A stretch of DNA of 64,000 nt from Desulfurococcales archaeon (GTDB lineage: Archaea; Thermoproteota; Thermoprotei_A; Sulfolobales; Desulfurococcaceae). The position numbers were made by a program, and so were the translations under genes. Shown here piece after piece: positions 10,010 to 20,504 of the stretch. The stretch's first letter is position 1, and every line of letters begins with the position of its first letter. The notes beneath the pieces were generated by a model. The model did not search any database. It saw only the letters and a program-made list of their open reading frames with translations, and was not told where the DNA came from. The stretch lies in NCBI GenBank assembly GCA_027022365.1, contig JALVYU010000030.1, positions 1 to 64,000 on the forward strand, given 5' to 3'.

Positions 10010-11518
10010 TTGCCGGAGCCTGCTGTTGAGATGCTTCATATCACAAAAATATATCCGGACGGCGTTGTCGCTCTCCGCGACGTAGACTTCGTTGTTTACA
10101 AGGGAGAAATCCATGGACTGCTAGGAGAGAACGGTGCTGGTAAGACCACTCTCATGAGAATCCTATATGGAGAGATCAAGCCAACAAAGGGAGAGATCAG
10201 AATCTTCGGCAAAAAAGTAAAGTTCAGAGGCCCGTGGGATGCGATCAAACACGGCATAGGAATGGTGTATCAGAAATTCACATTAGTACCAACATTCACA
10301 GTCATAGAGAACCTTCATCTCAGCCACCTTGCTATTAACCCTAAAGCTACAATATCGGAGACAAGGAAAAAAGCTGAAGAACTAATGGAGACTGTTGGGC
10401 TCAAAGTCCCCCTGGATACCGTTGTTGAAGATCTTCCTATAGGTGTTCAGCAGAGAGTAGAGATTATTAAGACACTATTGCGAGACGCCAAGATACTTAT
10501 CCTCGACGAACCAACCAGCGTACTGACACCTATCGAGACAGAAGAACTCTTCAAGACACTGGCACGGCTGAAAGAACTTGGAATAACAGTCATATTCATT
10601 ACACACAAGCTTAAAGAAGTCAAACGCGTTACCGATAGAATAACTGTTCTTAGAAGAGGTAGAAAGATAGACACAGTCGAGACGGCGAAAGTTACTGAAG
10701 TAGATCTGGCGAGGATGATGGTTCAGAGAGAAATAGTGTTAAAGATCGAGAAAAAACCAGCAAAGCCTGGCCGAATCGCCCTTGTGATCGAGGATCTATG
10801 GGTTAGAGACGAGAGAGGCATCGACGCAGTAAAAGGGGTATCACTCGAGCTACGTGAGGGAGAAATACTCGGCATAGCGGGAGTTCAGGGTAATGGTCAG
10901 AGAGAACTCGCAGAAGCAATAGCCGGGATAAGAAAGATCTACAAGGGAAGGATAAAGCTGTACGACAAGGACATAACGCGTTTCTCGACACTTGAGCGAT
11001 ACAGAAACGGTCTGGCGTATGTCCCCGATAGCAGGGCTGTAGGACTGGTACTAGACATGTCTTTACGCGAGAACGTGGTTCTAACAAATATCTACAGGAT
11101 ACTGGGCAAGCTAGGCTACCTCGACTGGGGAAAAGGGGATGAGATAGCAAGGAAGGTTGTGGAAGAACTCGAAGTTGTTACGCCAAGCATACTAACTCCC
11201 GTTAAGTACCTTAGTGGTGGAAACCAGCAGAAAGTAATGGTTGGAAGAGAGATTGTTAGAGAGCCGCAAGTGTTTATTGTCGCCGAGCCTACCCAGGGAC
11301 TCGACGTCGGCGCAACAGAGTTCATAAGAAAGATGCTTGTAAAACTAAGGGACGAGGGCAAAGCCATTCTTCTGATCTCAACGGATCTAGACGAAATCCT
11401 GCAGCTCAGCGACAAGATAGCGGTTATCTACGAGGGCAAGATAATGGCGGTAGGTAAGCCGGAAGAGTTCACCCTCGAAAAACTCGGTCTCCTAATGGGT
11501 GGTGTACATGCCGAGTAA
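10010..11518 (+). CDS. Nucleoside ABC ATPase (NupA/YufO-like, tandem NBD)
   Basis: GENGAGKT, LILDEPT, second half LSGGNQQK and PTQGLDVGA. Confidence 0.92.
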   Translation: MPEPAVEMLHITKIYPDGVVALRDVDFVVYKGEIHGLLGENGAGKTTLMRILYGEIKPTKGEIRIFGKKVKFRGPWDAIKHGIGMVYQKFTLVPTFTVIENLHLSHLAINPKATISETRKKAEELMETVGLKVPLDTVVEDLPIGVQQRVEIIKTLLRDAKILILDEPTSVLTPIETEELFKTLARLKELGITVIFITHKLKEVKRVTDRITVLRRGRKIDTVETAKVTEVDLARMMVQREIVLKIEKKPAKPGRIALVIEDLWVRDERGIDAVKGVSLELREGEILGIAGVQGNGQRELAEAIAGIRKIYKGRIKLYDKDITRFSTLERYRNGLAYVPDSRAVGLVLDMSLRENVVLTNIYRILGKLGYLDWGKGDEIARKVVEELEVVTPSILTPVKYLSGGNQQKVMVGREIVREPQVFIVAEPTQGLDVGATEFIRKMLVKLRDEGKAILLISTDLDEILQLSDKIAVIYEGKIMAVGKPEEFTLEKLGLLMGGVHAE

Positions 11519-12584
11519 AGATGGGTTCTTCCAAAAACTCAGGGCTAGATTCAGGGCCAGAGCCCAAGACTATGGCATGGCTGCTCTCGAGGTGTTCTTA
11601 TCTGCCGCTATAGGCTTTCTTGCAGGTGCCCTGGCTCTGCTGGTTCTAGGATACGATCCCCTCAAGGTCTACGAGGTACTGTTTTCATGGGGATACACTG
11701 ATATAGGCTATCTCCTCTTGAAGTCGACTCCACTGATAATGACAGCAATAGCGTTCAGCATACCAGCACTAGCCGGCGTATTCAACATCGGTGGCGAGAG
11801 CCAGCTATACGTCGGCGCTCTCCTCGGCCTCCTTGTCGCCTACTATATCCATAATGCTCCCCTAGCAATCGTAGCGGCAATCCTAGGAGGAGCCGGCCTT
11901 GGCCTCTTCATAGCATTGCTGAGAGTCTATCGCGGCATAAATGAGGTAATCACAGCAATAATGGTTAACTGGATAATGTACTGGCTCCTCGCATACCTTG
12001 TAACGGGGCCGTTTAACAACCCGAAGCTTCCACAGCAGAGCGTGCCTGTGCCGAAATCTGCCCAGATACCCGTATTTAGTATTGGAGGAGTCAATATTGC
12101 TGGCTCATTCATCCTGGCAGTTATAGGTGCGCTGGTGATCTACTACATAGTATTCTACACGAAGACAGGATATATAATGAGGGTCTCAGGCCTATCACCT
12201 GCCTCCGCGAAATATGCGGGTTTCAGCCCCGAGAAAGCAATATTGACGTCAATGCTTATCGGCGGCGCTGCGGCTGGCTTCGGTGGAGCACTACTAGTAT
12301 TGGGGGACGTGCACAGCATAGACACAACACTATCAGCTGTATACGGCCTGGGATTCACTGGAATCGGTATTGGATTGCTCGGCAGAAACAACCCGATAGG
12401 AATAATATTCGCTGCAATATTCTTTAGCGGCCTACTAATAGGCGGCCAGTACGTCGAGCTCTTCTTGAATGCTCCGCCGAACCTATCTGACTTCCTGATA
12501 GGAGTAATAGTGATCGCACTTTCTATCCCCTACGCCTACAGGTTCATAATAAGCTGGATTAAGAGGAGGAGGATGGCGAAATGA
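11508..12584 (+). CDS. Nucleoside ABC permease (NupB/YufP-like)
   Basis: FNIGGESQ, INEVIT, LGRNNPIG motifs; ATG 11508 overlaps the ATPase end. Confidence 0.88.
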   Translation: MPSKDGFFQKLRARFRARAQDYGMAALEVFLSAAIGFLAGALALLVLGYDPLKVYEVLFSWGYTDIGYLLLKSTPLIMTAIAFSIPALAGVFNIGGESQLYVGALLGLLVAYYIHNAPLAIVAAILGGAGLGLFIALLRVYRGINEVITAIMVNWIMYWLLAYLVTGPFNNPKLPQQSVPVPKSAQIPVFSIGGVNIAGSFILAVIGALVIYYIVFYTKTGYIMRVSGLSPASAKYAGFSPEKAILTSMLIGGAAAGFGGALLVLGDVHSIDTTLSAVYGLGFTGIGIGLLGRNNPIGIIFAAIFFSGLLIGGQYVELFLNAPPNLSDFLIGVIVIALSIPYAYRFIISWIKRRRMAK

Positions 12585-13507
12585 TCACGGGAGCGGACAT
12601 CATAAATCTCTTATCTTCAACACTCATATCAATGGTGCCGATACTGCTGGCCAGCGTAGGAGAGATAATCACCGAGAAGAGCGGGGTAGTTAACATCGGG
12701 TTAGAGGGGATCTTCATAATATCATCGTTTGCGGCCACGGTGGTTGCATACTATACTGGCGACCCATTACTCGCACTGCTTGTCGGAACCATTGTTGGCT
12801 CGCTCTCGGGCCTACTACATGGGGTTATAAGCGCTTATCTAAACGGCGACCAGATAATTGCAGGCGTCGGTTTCAACAGCTTCGCCTACGGGCTAGCACT
12901 AATGATCATGGTTGCTCTCTGGCAGAGCTACGGTAGTAGTCCAACCGTCAAGACTCTTCCAATGATACTCGTACCCGTCGCTGGCACGACATTGTACATA
13001 CCACCATTAGCGATCGCCGCCTTCATAGTAGCCGTACTAGCCCATTATTGGCTAAACAAGACACGCAGCGGTCTAAAAGTACGTGCATGCGGAGAGGACC
13101 CGAGAAGCGCCGAGTCAATGGGTATAAATGTCAGGAGGACAAGACTCTACGCTACGATCCTAGGTGCAACCCTTACAGGGCTGGGAGGCGCCTACTTGAC
13201 TGTGTGGTGGATAGGCCAGTTCACAAAGTTCATCAGTGCTGGTAGAGGATTCATTGCACTGGCAAACGTCGCCTTCAGCAACTGGAACCCATTACTGGCG
13301 ATACTAGGTGCACTGATATTCGGGTTCTTCAGCGCGCTCTCGATATTCCTACCGCTCAAGCTACAGCAGATATACCATGTCCAGTATACTGCCCAGATAT
13401 ACCTGTTCAATACAATACCCTACATAGCAACACTAGTAATAGTAGCCTTCATAATGAAGAGGGTAAGGATGCCGCGTGCACTTGGAAAGCCATACATAAA
13501 AGAGTAA
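12581..13507 (+). CDS. Nucleoside ABC permease (NupC/YufQ-like)
   Basis: EKSGVVNIGLEG, RACGEDPRSA, GRGFIALA, PRALGKPY motifs; ATGA overlap. Confidence 0.9.
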   Translation: MITGADIINLLSSTLISMVPILLASVGEIITEKSGVVNIGLEGIFIISSFAATVVAYYTGDPLLALLVGTIVGSLSGLLHGVISAYLNGDQIIAGVGFNSFAYGLALMIMVALWQSYGSSPTVKTLPMILVPVAGTTLYIPPLAIAAFIVAVLAHYWLNKTRSGLKVRACGEDPRSAESMGINVRRTRLYATILGATLTGLGGAYLTVWWIGQFTKFISAGRGFIALANVAFSNWNPLLAILGALIFGFFSALSIFLPLKLQQIYHVQYTAQIYLFNTIPYIATLVIVAFIMKRVRMPRALGKPYIKE

Positions 13508-14509
13508 TTATATGAGAAGATGTATCTTCACCACTCTACGATCAAAGCTTTTTTCGAACCCCTTAACTCCGTCCTCAAGCCTATACTCGGCGGAAACCAG
13601 GTCATCTACGCGTACAATACCTTTCCTCAGCAACTCTATCGCTTTAGGAAACGGCCCACACCTGCTTCCAATGATCCTGGCTTCCTTTACAACCAGTGCC
13701 GTATAGTCTAGGGAAACCCTTGATCCATGAGTGCTCTTCGCTGCGATAACCCCTCTTGGCCTAACGATTCTTATGGCCAGGTCTACGCCAGCATTACTCC
13801 CAGAAGCCTCCACTACATAGTCGAAACCGGCTCCTTCAGGAGTATATTTCTCTAAGGCATACTCTGCATCCCCCGGAGACAATACTTCATCGGCGCCAAG
13901 CCGTTCGGCCAAGCCAGCCTTGGGGCTTCCTGGCCGTGCAAAAGCAACGATCACCTCGGGCTCATATTGTCTGAGTACCTGGATGGATAACAAGCCTATA
14001 GTACCAATACCGATCACAGCCATCCGCGACCCCTTACTGGGTGGGGCCATCTCAGTCATCTCGACAACAGCCGCCAATGGCTCCACAAAGGCGGCCTGCT
14101 TATCTGTTAAGCCGTCCACACTATGTAGAAGGTCCTGCCTTGTCAGCACGTACTCGGCCATACCCCCATCAATACTTATTCCGATTGTCTGCCTGTAGGG
14201 GCAATGAGTGGGCATGCCCTTCCTACAGTACCAGCATCTCCGGCAATGAACATTTATCTCGGTCGTTACCCGCTTCCCTACAAGGTCTTCACTGGCCTCA
14301 TCGCCAACCATATCAACAACTCCGGCAATCTCATGGCCAGGTATCAGTGGTAGCTTGAAAGGCCTGTATGTCCCCTTGTAGAAAGCTTTATCTGTACCAC
14401 AAATACCTACTCTCTTAACCCGTATCCTTACCCAATCCCCCTTGGGCACGGGATCGGCTACTTCTTCTAGCCTAAGATCACCTGGTCCATGGAGCACAAG
14501 GGCCTTCAA
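13508..14509 (-). CDS. Zinc-dependent MDR alcohol/polyol dehydrogenase
   Basis: GICGTD, GHE, structural Zn CxxCxxC-x7-C, VEPLA, GIGTIG Rossmann motif. Confidence 0.9.
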   Translation of the reverse strand: MKALVLHGPGDLRLEEVADPVPKGDWVRIRVKRVGICGTDKAFYKGTYRPFKLPLIPGHEIAGVVDMVGDEASEDLVGKRVTTEINVHCRRCWYCRKGMPTHCPYRQTIGISIDGGMAEYVLTRQDLLHSVDGLTDKQAAFVEPLAAVVEMTEMAPPSKGSRMAVIGIGTIGLLSIQVLRQYEPEVIVAFARPGSPKAGLAERLGADEVLSPGDAEYALEKYTPEGAGFDYVVEASGSNAGVDLAIRIVRPRGVIAAKSTHGSRVSLDYTALVVKEARIIGSRCGPFPKAIELLRKGIVRVDDLVSAEYRLEDGVKGFEKSFDRRVVKIHLLI

Positions 14510-14729
14510 GATATGTTCTCACCCAGAATTAACGTTGGTTAGCATATTCTTGTTAAGGGTTTTTATCTTCATGGCAGACCGGTAATTTGTAATGCATATA
14601 GCGAGAATATGTCTATAAGGATAGGTATTAATAACCACAAATATGACATAAACTATTTCTCGAACAACGTTAGAGAAAAAATACCGCTAAAGAAAACATC
14701 TATACTAATGCGCTCGGAGGAATATTGTT

Positions 14730-14945
14730 ATGGATTTGCCGATGCTCCTAATAATTGGATTCATACTCGGAGTAATAATCGCGTATTTGTTAGGAGTAAA
14801 GAATAGGGCGGTACTGTTTCTGGCGGGATTAGCTGGTGCCATACTAGCCCCGATCCTTATAACAGTCATAACAGCTTTGATCCTATTGGCGATAATCGGC
14901 TTGGTAGTATTAATAATACTAGTGATAATCGGGCTACATACCTAG
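14730..14945 (+). CDS. Small hydrophobic membrane protein
   Basis: 71 aa, almost entirely hydrophobic; GGAGG SD upstream of ATG. Confidence 0.65.
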   Translation: MDLPMLLIIGFILGVIIAYLLGVKNRAVLFLAGLAGAILAPILITVITALILLAIIGLVVLIILVIIGLHT

Positions 14946-15018
14946 CTATCGTTACCCGGGATTCCTCCTTCTTTAAACCATAGCCCGACGAATTATTCTT
15001 AGTGGAGGGGCTGATTCC

Positions 15019-15741
15019 TTGGACAAAACACTCCACATAGGTATACCCATTAGAAGGGTGCCAAGCAAAGCTGTAGTTATGGGTGATCCTGAGAGAATAG
15101 ACTTAGTACTAGAGCTGATGGATTCGTGGAGAGACCTAGGCCTTCGGAGAGGATACCGGGGCATAGTGGGAAAGATAGGCGCCAACATGATCGGAGTATA
15201 TAGTCACGGCATAGGAGGCCCGTCGGCAAGCATAGTCTTTGAAGAACTAGTGAAAGCAGGGGTAAAAACCATAGTCAGGCTCGGAACATGTGGTGGGCTC
15301 CGAGAAGATATTAAACCCGGAACAGTAATCGTAGCCACGGCTTCTGGCGTTAGGAAAACGGGTTGCTCGACAAACATGTACGCCGGAGACAATACTCCCC
15401 CAATAGCTCCGGATCCCTTATTGGTCTCAAGAATTTATGAAAGCCTAAAAGCGAGCGATGCTAATGTCTTGCTGGGACCAGTTTTCACAAGTGATGCTTT
15501 CTACGCCGAGGCACCAGGCCTTGCAAGAGAGCTGGCTGGACTTGGATATATAGGCATAGATATGGAGACGGCAATACTGTATTACCTCTCGTGGATGAGG
15601 GGTTACCGGGCTGCATCGGTTCTTATAGTGAGTAACAACCTTGTAGCTAATACCGATGAGTATCTCTCAAATCAAGACATGATAGATACGATAAAGAAAG
15701 TATTCAAAACCATAGCAGAAACACTCACCGGTGAGAAGTGA
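15019..15741 (+). CDS. Nucleoside phosphorylase (PNP/UDP family I, DeoD/MTAP-I-like)
   Basis: GDPER, HGIGGPS, VRLGTCG, TSDAFYAE, IDMETA motifs. Confidence 0.9.
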   Translation: MDKTLHIGIPIRRVPSKAVVMGDPERIDLVLELMDSWRDLGLRRGYRGIVGKIGANMIGVYSHGIGGPSASIVFEELVKAGVKTIVRLGTCGGLREDIKPGTVIVATASGVRKTGCSTNMYAGDNTPPIAPDPLLVSRIYESLKASDANVLLGPVFTSDAFYAEAPGLARELAGLGYIGIDMETAILYYLSWMRGYRAASVLIVSNNLVANTDEYLSNQDMIDTIKKVFKTIAETLTGEK

Positions 15742-16343
15742 TGAATACAATAATAGATGATATAAAGAGACTCGTCGAGAAGCTCATGGGCAATGATTTC
15801 GCCCACGGATACCCGCACGTGGCTCGTGTGAGAAGATATGCTTGGCTCATCGTAGACAATGAGGGACTCAATATCGATGAAACTGTGCTGGAACTAGCCG
15901 TTCTCCTACATGATATCGGTAGGAGGATCGGCGAGCCCCACGCCTATTATTCGGCTCTGCTCGCCCGATCAATACTTGCAGAGAAAGGGGTGCCGGCCAA
16001 TAAGATCGAGAAGATAACCAATGCGATTCTCTATCACAGTTTCAGCTACGCCAGGAGAAACAATATAGAGCCCCTCAGTGATGAGGCCAAAGTATTGAGC
16101 GATGCAGATAAACTCGATGCTCTTGGAGTCGTCGGTCTCGTAAGAGTATTCTTGTTTGGTGCCGAACACAATAGGGGATTCGAGGACAGCATAAAGCATT
16201 TCCGTGAAAAGATATTCCGGCTCAAAGATCTTATGCACTACCAGTACTCTAGAAGACTAGCCAGAGAACTAACCATGAGAACACGTAAAGCACTAGAAAT
16301 GCTCCTCGAAGAAACAGGTTATAAGGAGCAGTGGAAGATTTAA
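15738..16343 (+). CDS. HD-domain phosphohydrolase
   Basis: AHGYPH, LLHDIG, DADKLDALG motifs; coupled to the phosphorylase gene. Confidence 0.88.
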   Translation: MMNTIIDDIKRLVEKLMGNDFAHGYPHVARVRRYAWLIVDNEGLNIDETVLELAVLLHDIGRRIGEPHAYYSALLARSILAEKGVPANKIEKITNAILYHSFSYARRNNIEPLSDEAKVLSDADKLDALGVVGLVRVFLFGAEHNRGFEDSIKHFREKIFRLKDLMHYQYSRRLARELTMRTRKALEMLLEETGYKEQWKI

Positions 16344-16411
16344 TTATATCAATTCTCCTCTAAATTATTTTAAGATATATTGTACGCCCTCGTCTATATA
16401 GAGGTGTAATT

Positions 16412-17224
16412 TTGGCTGACCCAATAGGCTCACTGGAGTATCTCCCAGGCATTATTCTAGGGCTCATCATCGTGATAATATTCCTGTCAATGAGTATAAA
16501 GATCGTTCGTGAATACGAGCGAGCAGTAATATTCCGTCTCGGCAGACTCCTAGGAGCTAAAGGCCCCGGCATATTCTTCATCATCCCTTTTGTCGACAAC
16601 TTCATCAAGGTAGACCTGAGGCTAACAACAGTAGATGTACCGGAGCAGCAGATCATTACAAAGGATAATGTCACTGTTGGTGTCGACGCAGTGGTTTACT
16701 ATCGTGTATTCGACCCTGTACTAGCCGTTACTAAAGTTGAGGATTACAACTACGCCGTGATGATGATGGCCCAGACAACCCTAAGAGATATCGTCGGGCA
16801 AGTGGAGCTCGACGAGCTTCTCACAAGGCGTGAAGACATAAATAAGAGGCTACAAGCCATCCTAGACGAAGTAACTGATCCATGGGGTATAAAGGTAACG
16901 GCGGTCACGCTGAAACAGGTGAGACTACCGGAGTCAATGCTCCGTGCGATGGCTAAGCAGGCAGAGGCTGAGAGATGGAGGCGTGCAAAGGTTATCGAGG
17001 CCGAGGGTGAGAGACAAGCATCAAAGATACTGGCCGAAGCAGCAAAGTTCTATGAAGAACACCCAGCAGCTCTCAGGCTACGTGAGCTACAGACACTGAT
17101 AGAGGTTGCTAAGGAGAAGAACATGATAGTCATAGCGCCGAGCAGTCTCGGAAGAGACATCGAAACACTAGGTATAGCATTAGGAGCTACAAAAGGTCCT
17201 AGACTCCGTACAACAACGGAATAA
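16412..17224 (+). CDS. Stomatin/slipin (SPFH, band 7) protein
   Basis: EYERAVIFRLGR, ITKDNVTV, AQTTLRD, AKQAEAER, LRLRELQTL motifs. Confidence 0.95.
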   Translation: MADPIGSLEYLPGIILGLIIVIIFLSMSIKIVREYERAVIFRLGRLLGAKGPGIFFIIPFVDNFIKVDLRLTTVDVPEQQIITKDNVTVGVDAVVYYRVFDPVLAVTKVEDYNYAVMMMAQTTLRDIVGQVELDELLTRREDINKRLQAILDEVTDPWGIKVTAVTLKQVRLPESMLRAMAKQAEAERWRRAKVIEAEGERQASKILAEAAKFYEEHPAALRLRELQTLIEVAKEKNMIVIAPSSLGRDIETLGIALGATKGPRLRTTTE

Positions 17225-17244
17225 GTCTTCATGGGCGATGTGAA

Positions 17245-18600
17245 GTGAGAGGAATTGAACCAATTATTTTTCTTTCTAGGATCACCCTCTTCCTCATAGG
17301 ATTATCTCTCCTCCTAACTGGTGCTGTTGGTCTAGCTCAGAGCCAGGGTATGCATAGCTTCGTCGTTGTAAAGATAAATAGTGAGATAACATATGGTACG
17401 GCATACCTTGTCCAAGAAGCCATCAATGAGGGGGAGAAGCTCGATGCTCCTGTGATAATTATTCTTGACACTCCAGGAGGACTGCTGGCGGCTGCCCAGG
17501 ACATCATAGAGTATATAAGGAATAGTAATGTCCCGGTAATCGGGTATGTTTACCCGGTCGGCGCAGCCGCTTGGAGTGCAGGGACGCTAATACTCATGGC
17601 CACACATATAGCTGCGATGGCGCCCGGAACCAATATAGGGGCTGTCCAGCCGGTCCTCTACAATCCTACGACCGGGGAGTATCAGCCGCTCAATATGTCA
17701 AAGGTGATAAACCCTGTTGTATCGATGATAACAACTCTTGCACAAGATAGGGGTAGAAACGTTACAGCCGCTAAGAACTTCGTTCTCCACGATTTAACGC
17801 TCAATGATCAGCAGGCGCTTAAATACCATGTCATCGATCTGGTCGCGAGGAATATAGATGAACTGCTGGCAAAGATTAATGGGTGGAAGGTCAAACTAGA
17901 TAATGGTAGAGAGTACGTGATCAATAGTAGTAATGCCCACGTAATATATTACAGCGGTAGCCTCAGAGCAGCAATAGTCACGGCAGTAAGCGATCCCATA
18001 GTGAACAGCCTCTTAATGACAATAGGCGTTCTAACATTAATATTCAGTATATTGTCCGGCCACCTGCTCTTCGTACCAATAGCTGCGGCCTTAATAATTA
18101 TTAGTCTTCTTGGCATGGGGTTTAATCCCAACATGATAAGCCTAATACTTTTAATAATAGGTGCCATCGCATTAGCTATAGAAATACATACACCGGGATT
18201 CGGCGTTCTTGGATTTACTGGGATCGTATTGATAGCATTAAGCATAGCTCTCCTACCAGTACTTAATCCCGGGTGGCTCGTAGCTCCAAGCTATCAAAGG
18301 ATGCTGTTCTGGACAGGGATCAGCATAGGCATTGTCCTAGGGATATTCATGGGCATAATGCTATACAAGGTATTGAAGGCGAAACTACAACCGCCAAAGC
18401 TTAAGACCCTTCCCCTCGGAATCATCGGTAAAGCGATCGACGACATACCTGCTAATGGTCAAGGATTCGTGTTGATTGAGGGAGAATACTGGAGAGCCAC
18501 GAGCGATGAAGATATCAGGAAGGGCGAAAAAATAATTGTGATCGGCAAGGAAGGACCAATACTTAAAGTCAAGAAGCTTGAGGGGGAAGCCCAGGGCTGA
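17245..18600 (+). CDS. nfeD: NfeD (STOPP) membrane serine protease, ClpP-class
   Basis: LDTPGG, AWSAG (catalytic Ser), MAPGTNIGA, TM bundle, C-terminal OB domain (GEYWRA); stomatin operon partner. Confidence 0.9.
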   Translation: MRGIEPIIFLSRITLFLIGLSLLLTGAVGLAQSQGMHSFVVVKINSEITYGTAYLVQEAINEGEKLDAPVIIILDTPGGLLAAAQDIIEYIRNSNVPVIGYVYPVGAAAWSAGTLILMATHIAAMAPGTNIGAVQPVLYNPTTGEYQPLNMSKVINPVVSMITTLAQDRGRNVTAAKNFVLHDLTLNDQQALKYHVIDLVARNIDELLAKINGWKVKLDNGREYVINSSNAHVIYYSGSLRAAIVTAVSDPIVNSLLMTIGVLTLIFSILSGHLLFVPIAAALIIISLLGMGFNPNMISLILLIIGAIALAIEIHTPGFGVLGFTGIVLIALSIALLPVLNPGWLVAPSYQRMLFWTGISIGIVLGIFMGIMLYKVLKAKLQPPKLKTLPLGIIGKAIDDIPANGQGFVLIEGEYWRATSDEDIRKGEKIIVIGKEGPILKVKKLEGEAQG

Positions 18601-18677
18601 AAAACGATCCATTATCCAGGTTTATTATGCTGGATAATACTATATTCTAACGGATATACATCCATGGGTGCCCCCAG

Positions 18678-19283
18678 TTGGTGCGCCGCCTAGTTATTAA
18701 TATATATCTATTATTCATATTCATCCTCTTGTTCATGATATACTGTGTGGTCACGGGTCATTTATCCCTCGCAGTAATAACTGGTTATGCAGGCCTAGTT
18801 ATCCTTATCCCTGTGCTCTATAGGAAGAGAATATGTCTAGTCGTGGCGCACGGTATTTTCTCTAACATAATGATTACTTATAGTTTGTTCGCAGTAGTTG
18901 GTACTAGTCTCGGTACCGTAGACGCACTCGTTAGTAGTTGGAGAGCCAAAGCGTTCATATGGCTTGCATTCATAACTATACTGATGGTGTATATCGATAT
19001 CGCAACTCTTCCGCTATACCTTGTTGTCAGCGGCATTATAGGTATGTATGGCGGTTTTTGGAGTATTACTTGGGCGATACTCTGGAAATCAACAGGGCAT
19101 ATCATAGATTACAACATATGGGTTATGCCCGACACCTATCTCCCAGAGATCATATACTGGCCCATAGTGTTTAGTTCGATAGCAATATACTTTATAGCGA
19201 TGATCTATAGCTATAGGAGGAAAGAAGTAATAGCCGAGGAAAGATCCAGGAGGTGTAAGAACATTCATTTAAAAACCATCTAG
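18678..19283 (+). CDS. Hypothetical polytopic membrane protein
   Basis: About 5-6 hydrophobic segments; AT-rich. Confidence 0.6.
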   Translation: MVRRLVINIYLLFIFILLFMIYCVVTGHLSLAVITGYAGLVILIPVLYRKRICLVVAHGIFSNIMITYSLFAVVGTSLGTVDALVSSWRAKAFIWLAFITILMVYIDIATLPLYLVVSGIIGMYGGFWSITWAILWKSTGHIIDYNIWVMPDTYLPEIIYWPIVFSSIAIYFIAMIYSYRRKEVIAEERSRRCKNIHLKTI

Positions 19284-19290
19284 CCTTTTC

Positions 19291-19851
19291 TCATGGGAGC
19301 TTGATGACTTTATCAAGTCTTCTCAACGTATTACGATGATCTAGCTCGTAGAGTGTTATCTTGAGCTCTTTGCCGTTAACCTCTATGATCATCATGCTAG
19401 GCTTCATGGATCCTCCGGCACCGCCCCAAGCACCTGTGAGGCTACCTGGGTTCAAGAGCAATCTTTTCTTGTCCAGGCTCCACTTTATGAATGGGCTATG
19501 CGTATGACCCGTGAGAAGCACGTCTACATCTAACGATACAGCTATTCTTGTCAAGTCCCTCGTGTTTCCCCTAGGATATATTCCGTGGCCGTGATGTACT
19601 CCAAACCTTATCCCATCCACAAGGAACCTGGCTGTCCTGGGAAGGGGTAGGTAGTCCATGTTTCCCTCTACATAGAATGTTTTCTTACCTAGTCCGAGAA
19701 ACCAGTCGAGCACTTCTTTGCCTGTGAAATCACCAGTGTATACGGCTATATCCCAGGGTTTCCCCCCCTCGATGATCTCTTTTAGCTTGTCCGGCACTTT
19801 TTCCGCTCTGTCGGGTATATGGGCGTCTCCGATTACTAGTATGTATGGCAT
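19291..19851 (-). CDS. Metallophosphoesterase, YfcE/Vps29-like
   Basis: LVIGDAHIP, TGD, VEGNMD, HHGH, GHTH, NPGSLTGA motifs. Confidence 0.88.
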   Translation of the reverse strand: MPYILVIGDAHIPDRAEKVPDKLKEIIEGGKPWDIAVYTGDFTGKEVLDWFLGLGKKTFYVEGNMDYLPLPRTARFLVDGIRFGVHHGHGIYPRGNTRDLTRIAVSLDVDVLLTGHTHSPFIKWSLDKKRLLLNPGSLTGAWGGAGGSMKPSMMIIEVNGKELKITLYELDHRNTLRRLDKVIKLP

Positions 19852-20491
19852 AGTTTATCGCCTCCGAGTACTTCCTATCAAAATCCCTTATCCACTCAAA
19901 TATACTCGATACTTCTCTATGGGGTGGGAATCTTATCATGTTTGCTCTTGTGTTGATAAGAGTGTTTTTAAGCTCTATATGGGGTGCTGTCACGTTTGCT
20001 TCTCCAAAGACGGTCTTGCTTATTTTATATCTTTTTATGAATTTATAGTGGAACATCGGCTTCCTACTCCTTATTATTTTATGATATGTTTTCGGCTTTA
20101 GTACGAAGATGTTTAGTCGGCCGGAAATATATGCTGCGTACAACTGTACTCCGCTGATATATTGTATCGCTAACGGGATCTTCGTCGAGGGTATGGAGTA
20201 TCTTGATATAAGGCCTTTCGATAACCGCAGTATGTTTGCTAGGAATATTTCATCGTTCTTGCTGATACTGGGGTGGCCTATGAAGGCCGCTACAAACTGT
20301 ATTATCCCCACTATGAATGCGAAGAGTATGGTTGTGCCGTAAGGGATGAATTGTAGCAGTTCAGCGATAACTAGTGCGATAAGGGAAAATGCTAGGGCAA
20401 TTATGCCTCTCATATTTCTTTTATGTAGACCCACATAGCATGGTCTTGGGAGATCCTGTGAATCCCACCAATTCTTTTTCTCTTTCTCCAT
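19730..20491 (-). CDS. Hypothetical protein with two N-terminal TM helices
   Basis: ATG 20491 with GGTGG upstream; two hydrophobic helices; 3' end runs 122 nt into the phosphoesterase gene. Confidence 0.55.
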   Translation of the reverse strand: MEKEKKNWWDSQDLPRPCYVGLHKRNMRGIIALAFSLIALVIAELLQFIPYGTTILFAFIVGIIQFVAAFIGHPSISKNDEIFLANILRLSKGLISRYSIPSTKIPLAIQYISGVQLYAAYISGRLNIFVLKPKTYHKIIRSRKPMFHYKFIKRYKISKTVFGEANVTAPHIELKNTLINTRANMIRFPPHREVSSIFEWIRDFDRKYSEAINYAIHTSNRRRPYTRQSGKSAGQAKRDHRGGETLGYSRIHW

Positions 20492-20504
20492 TATGCTCAG
20501 CCAC

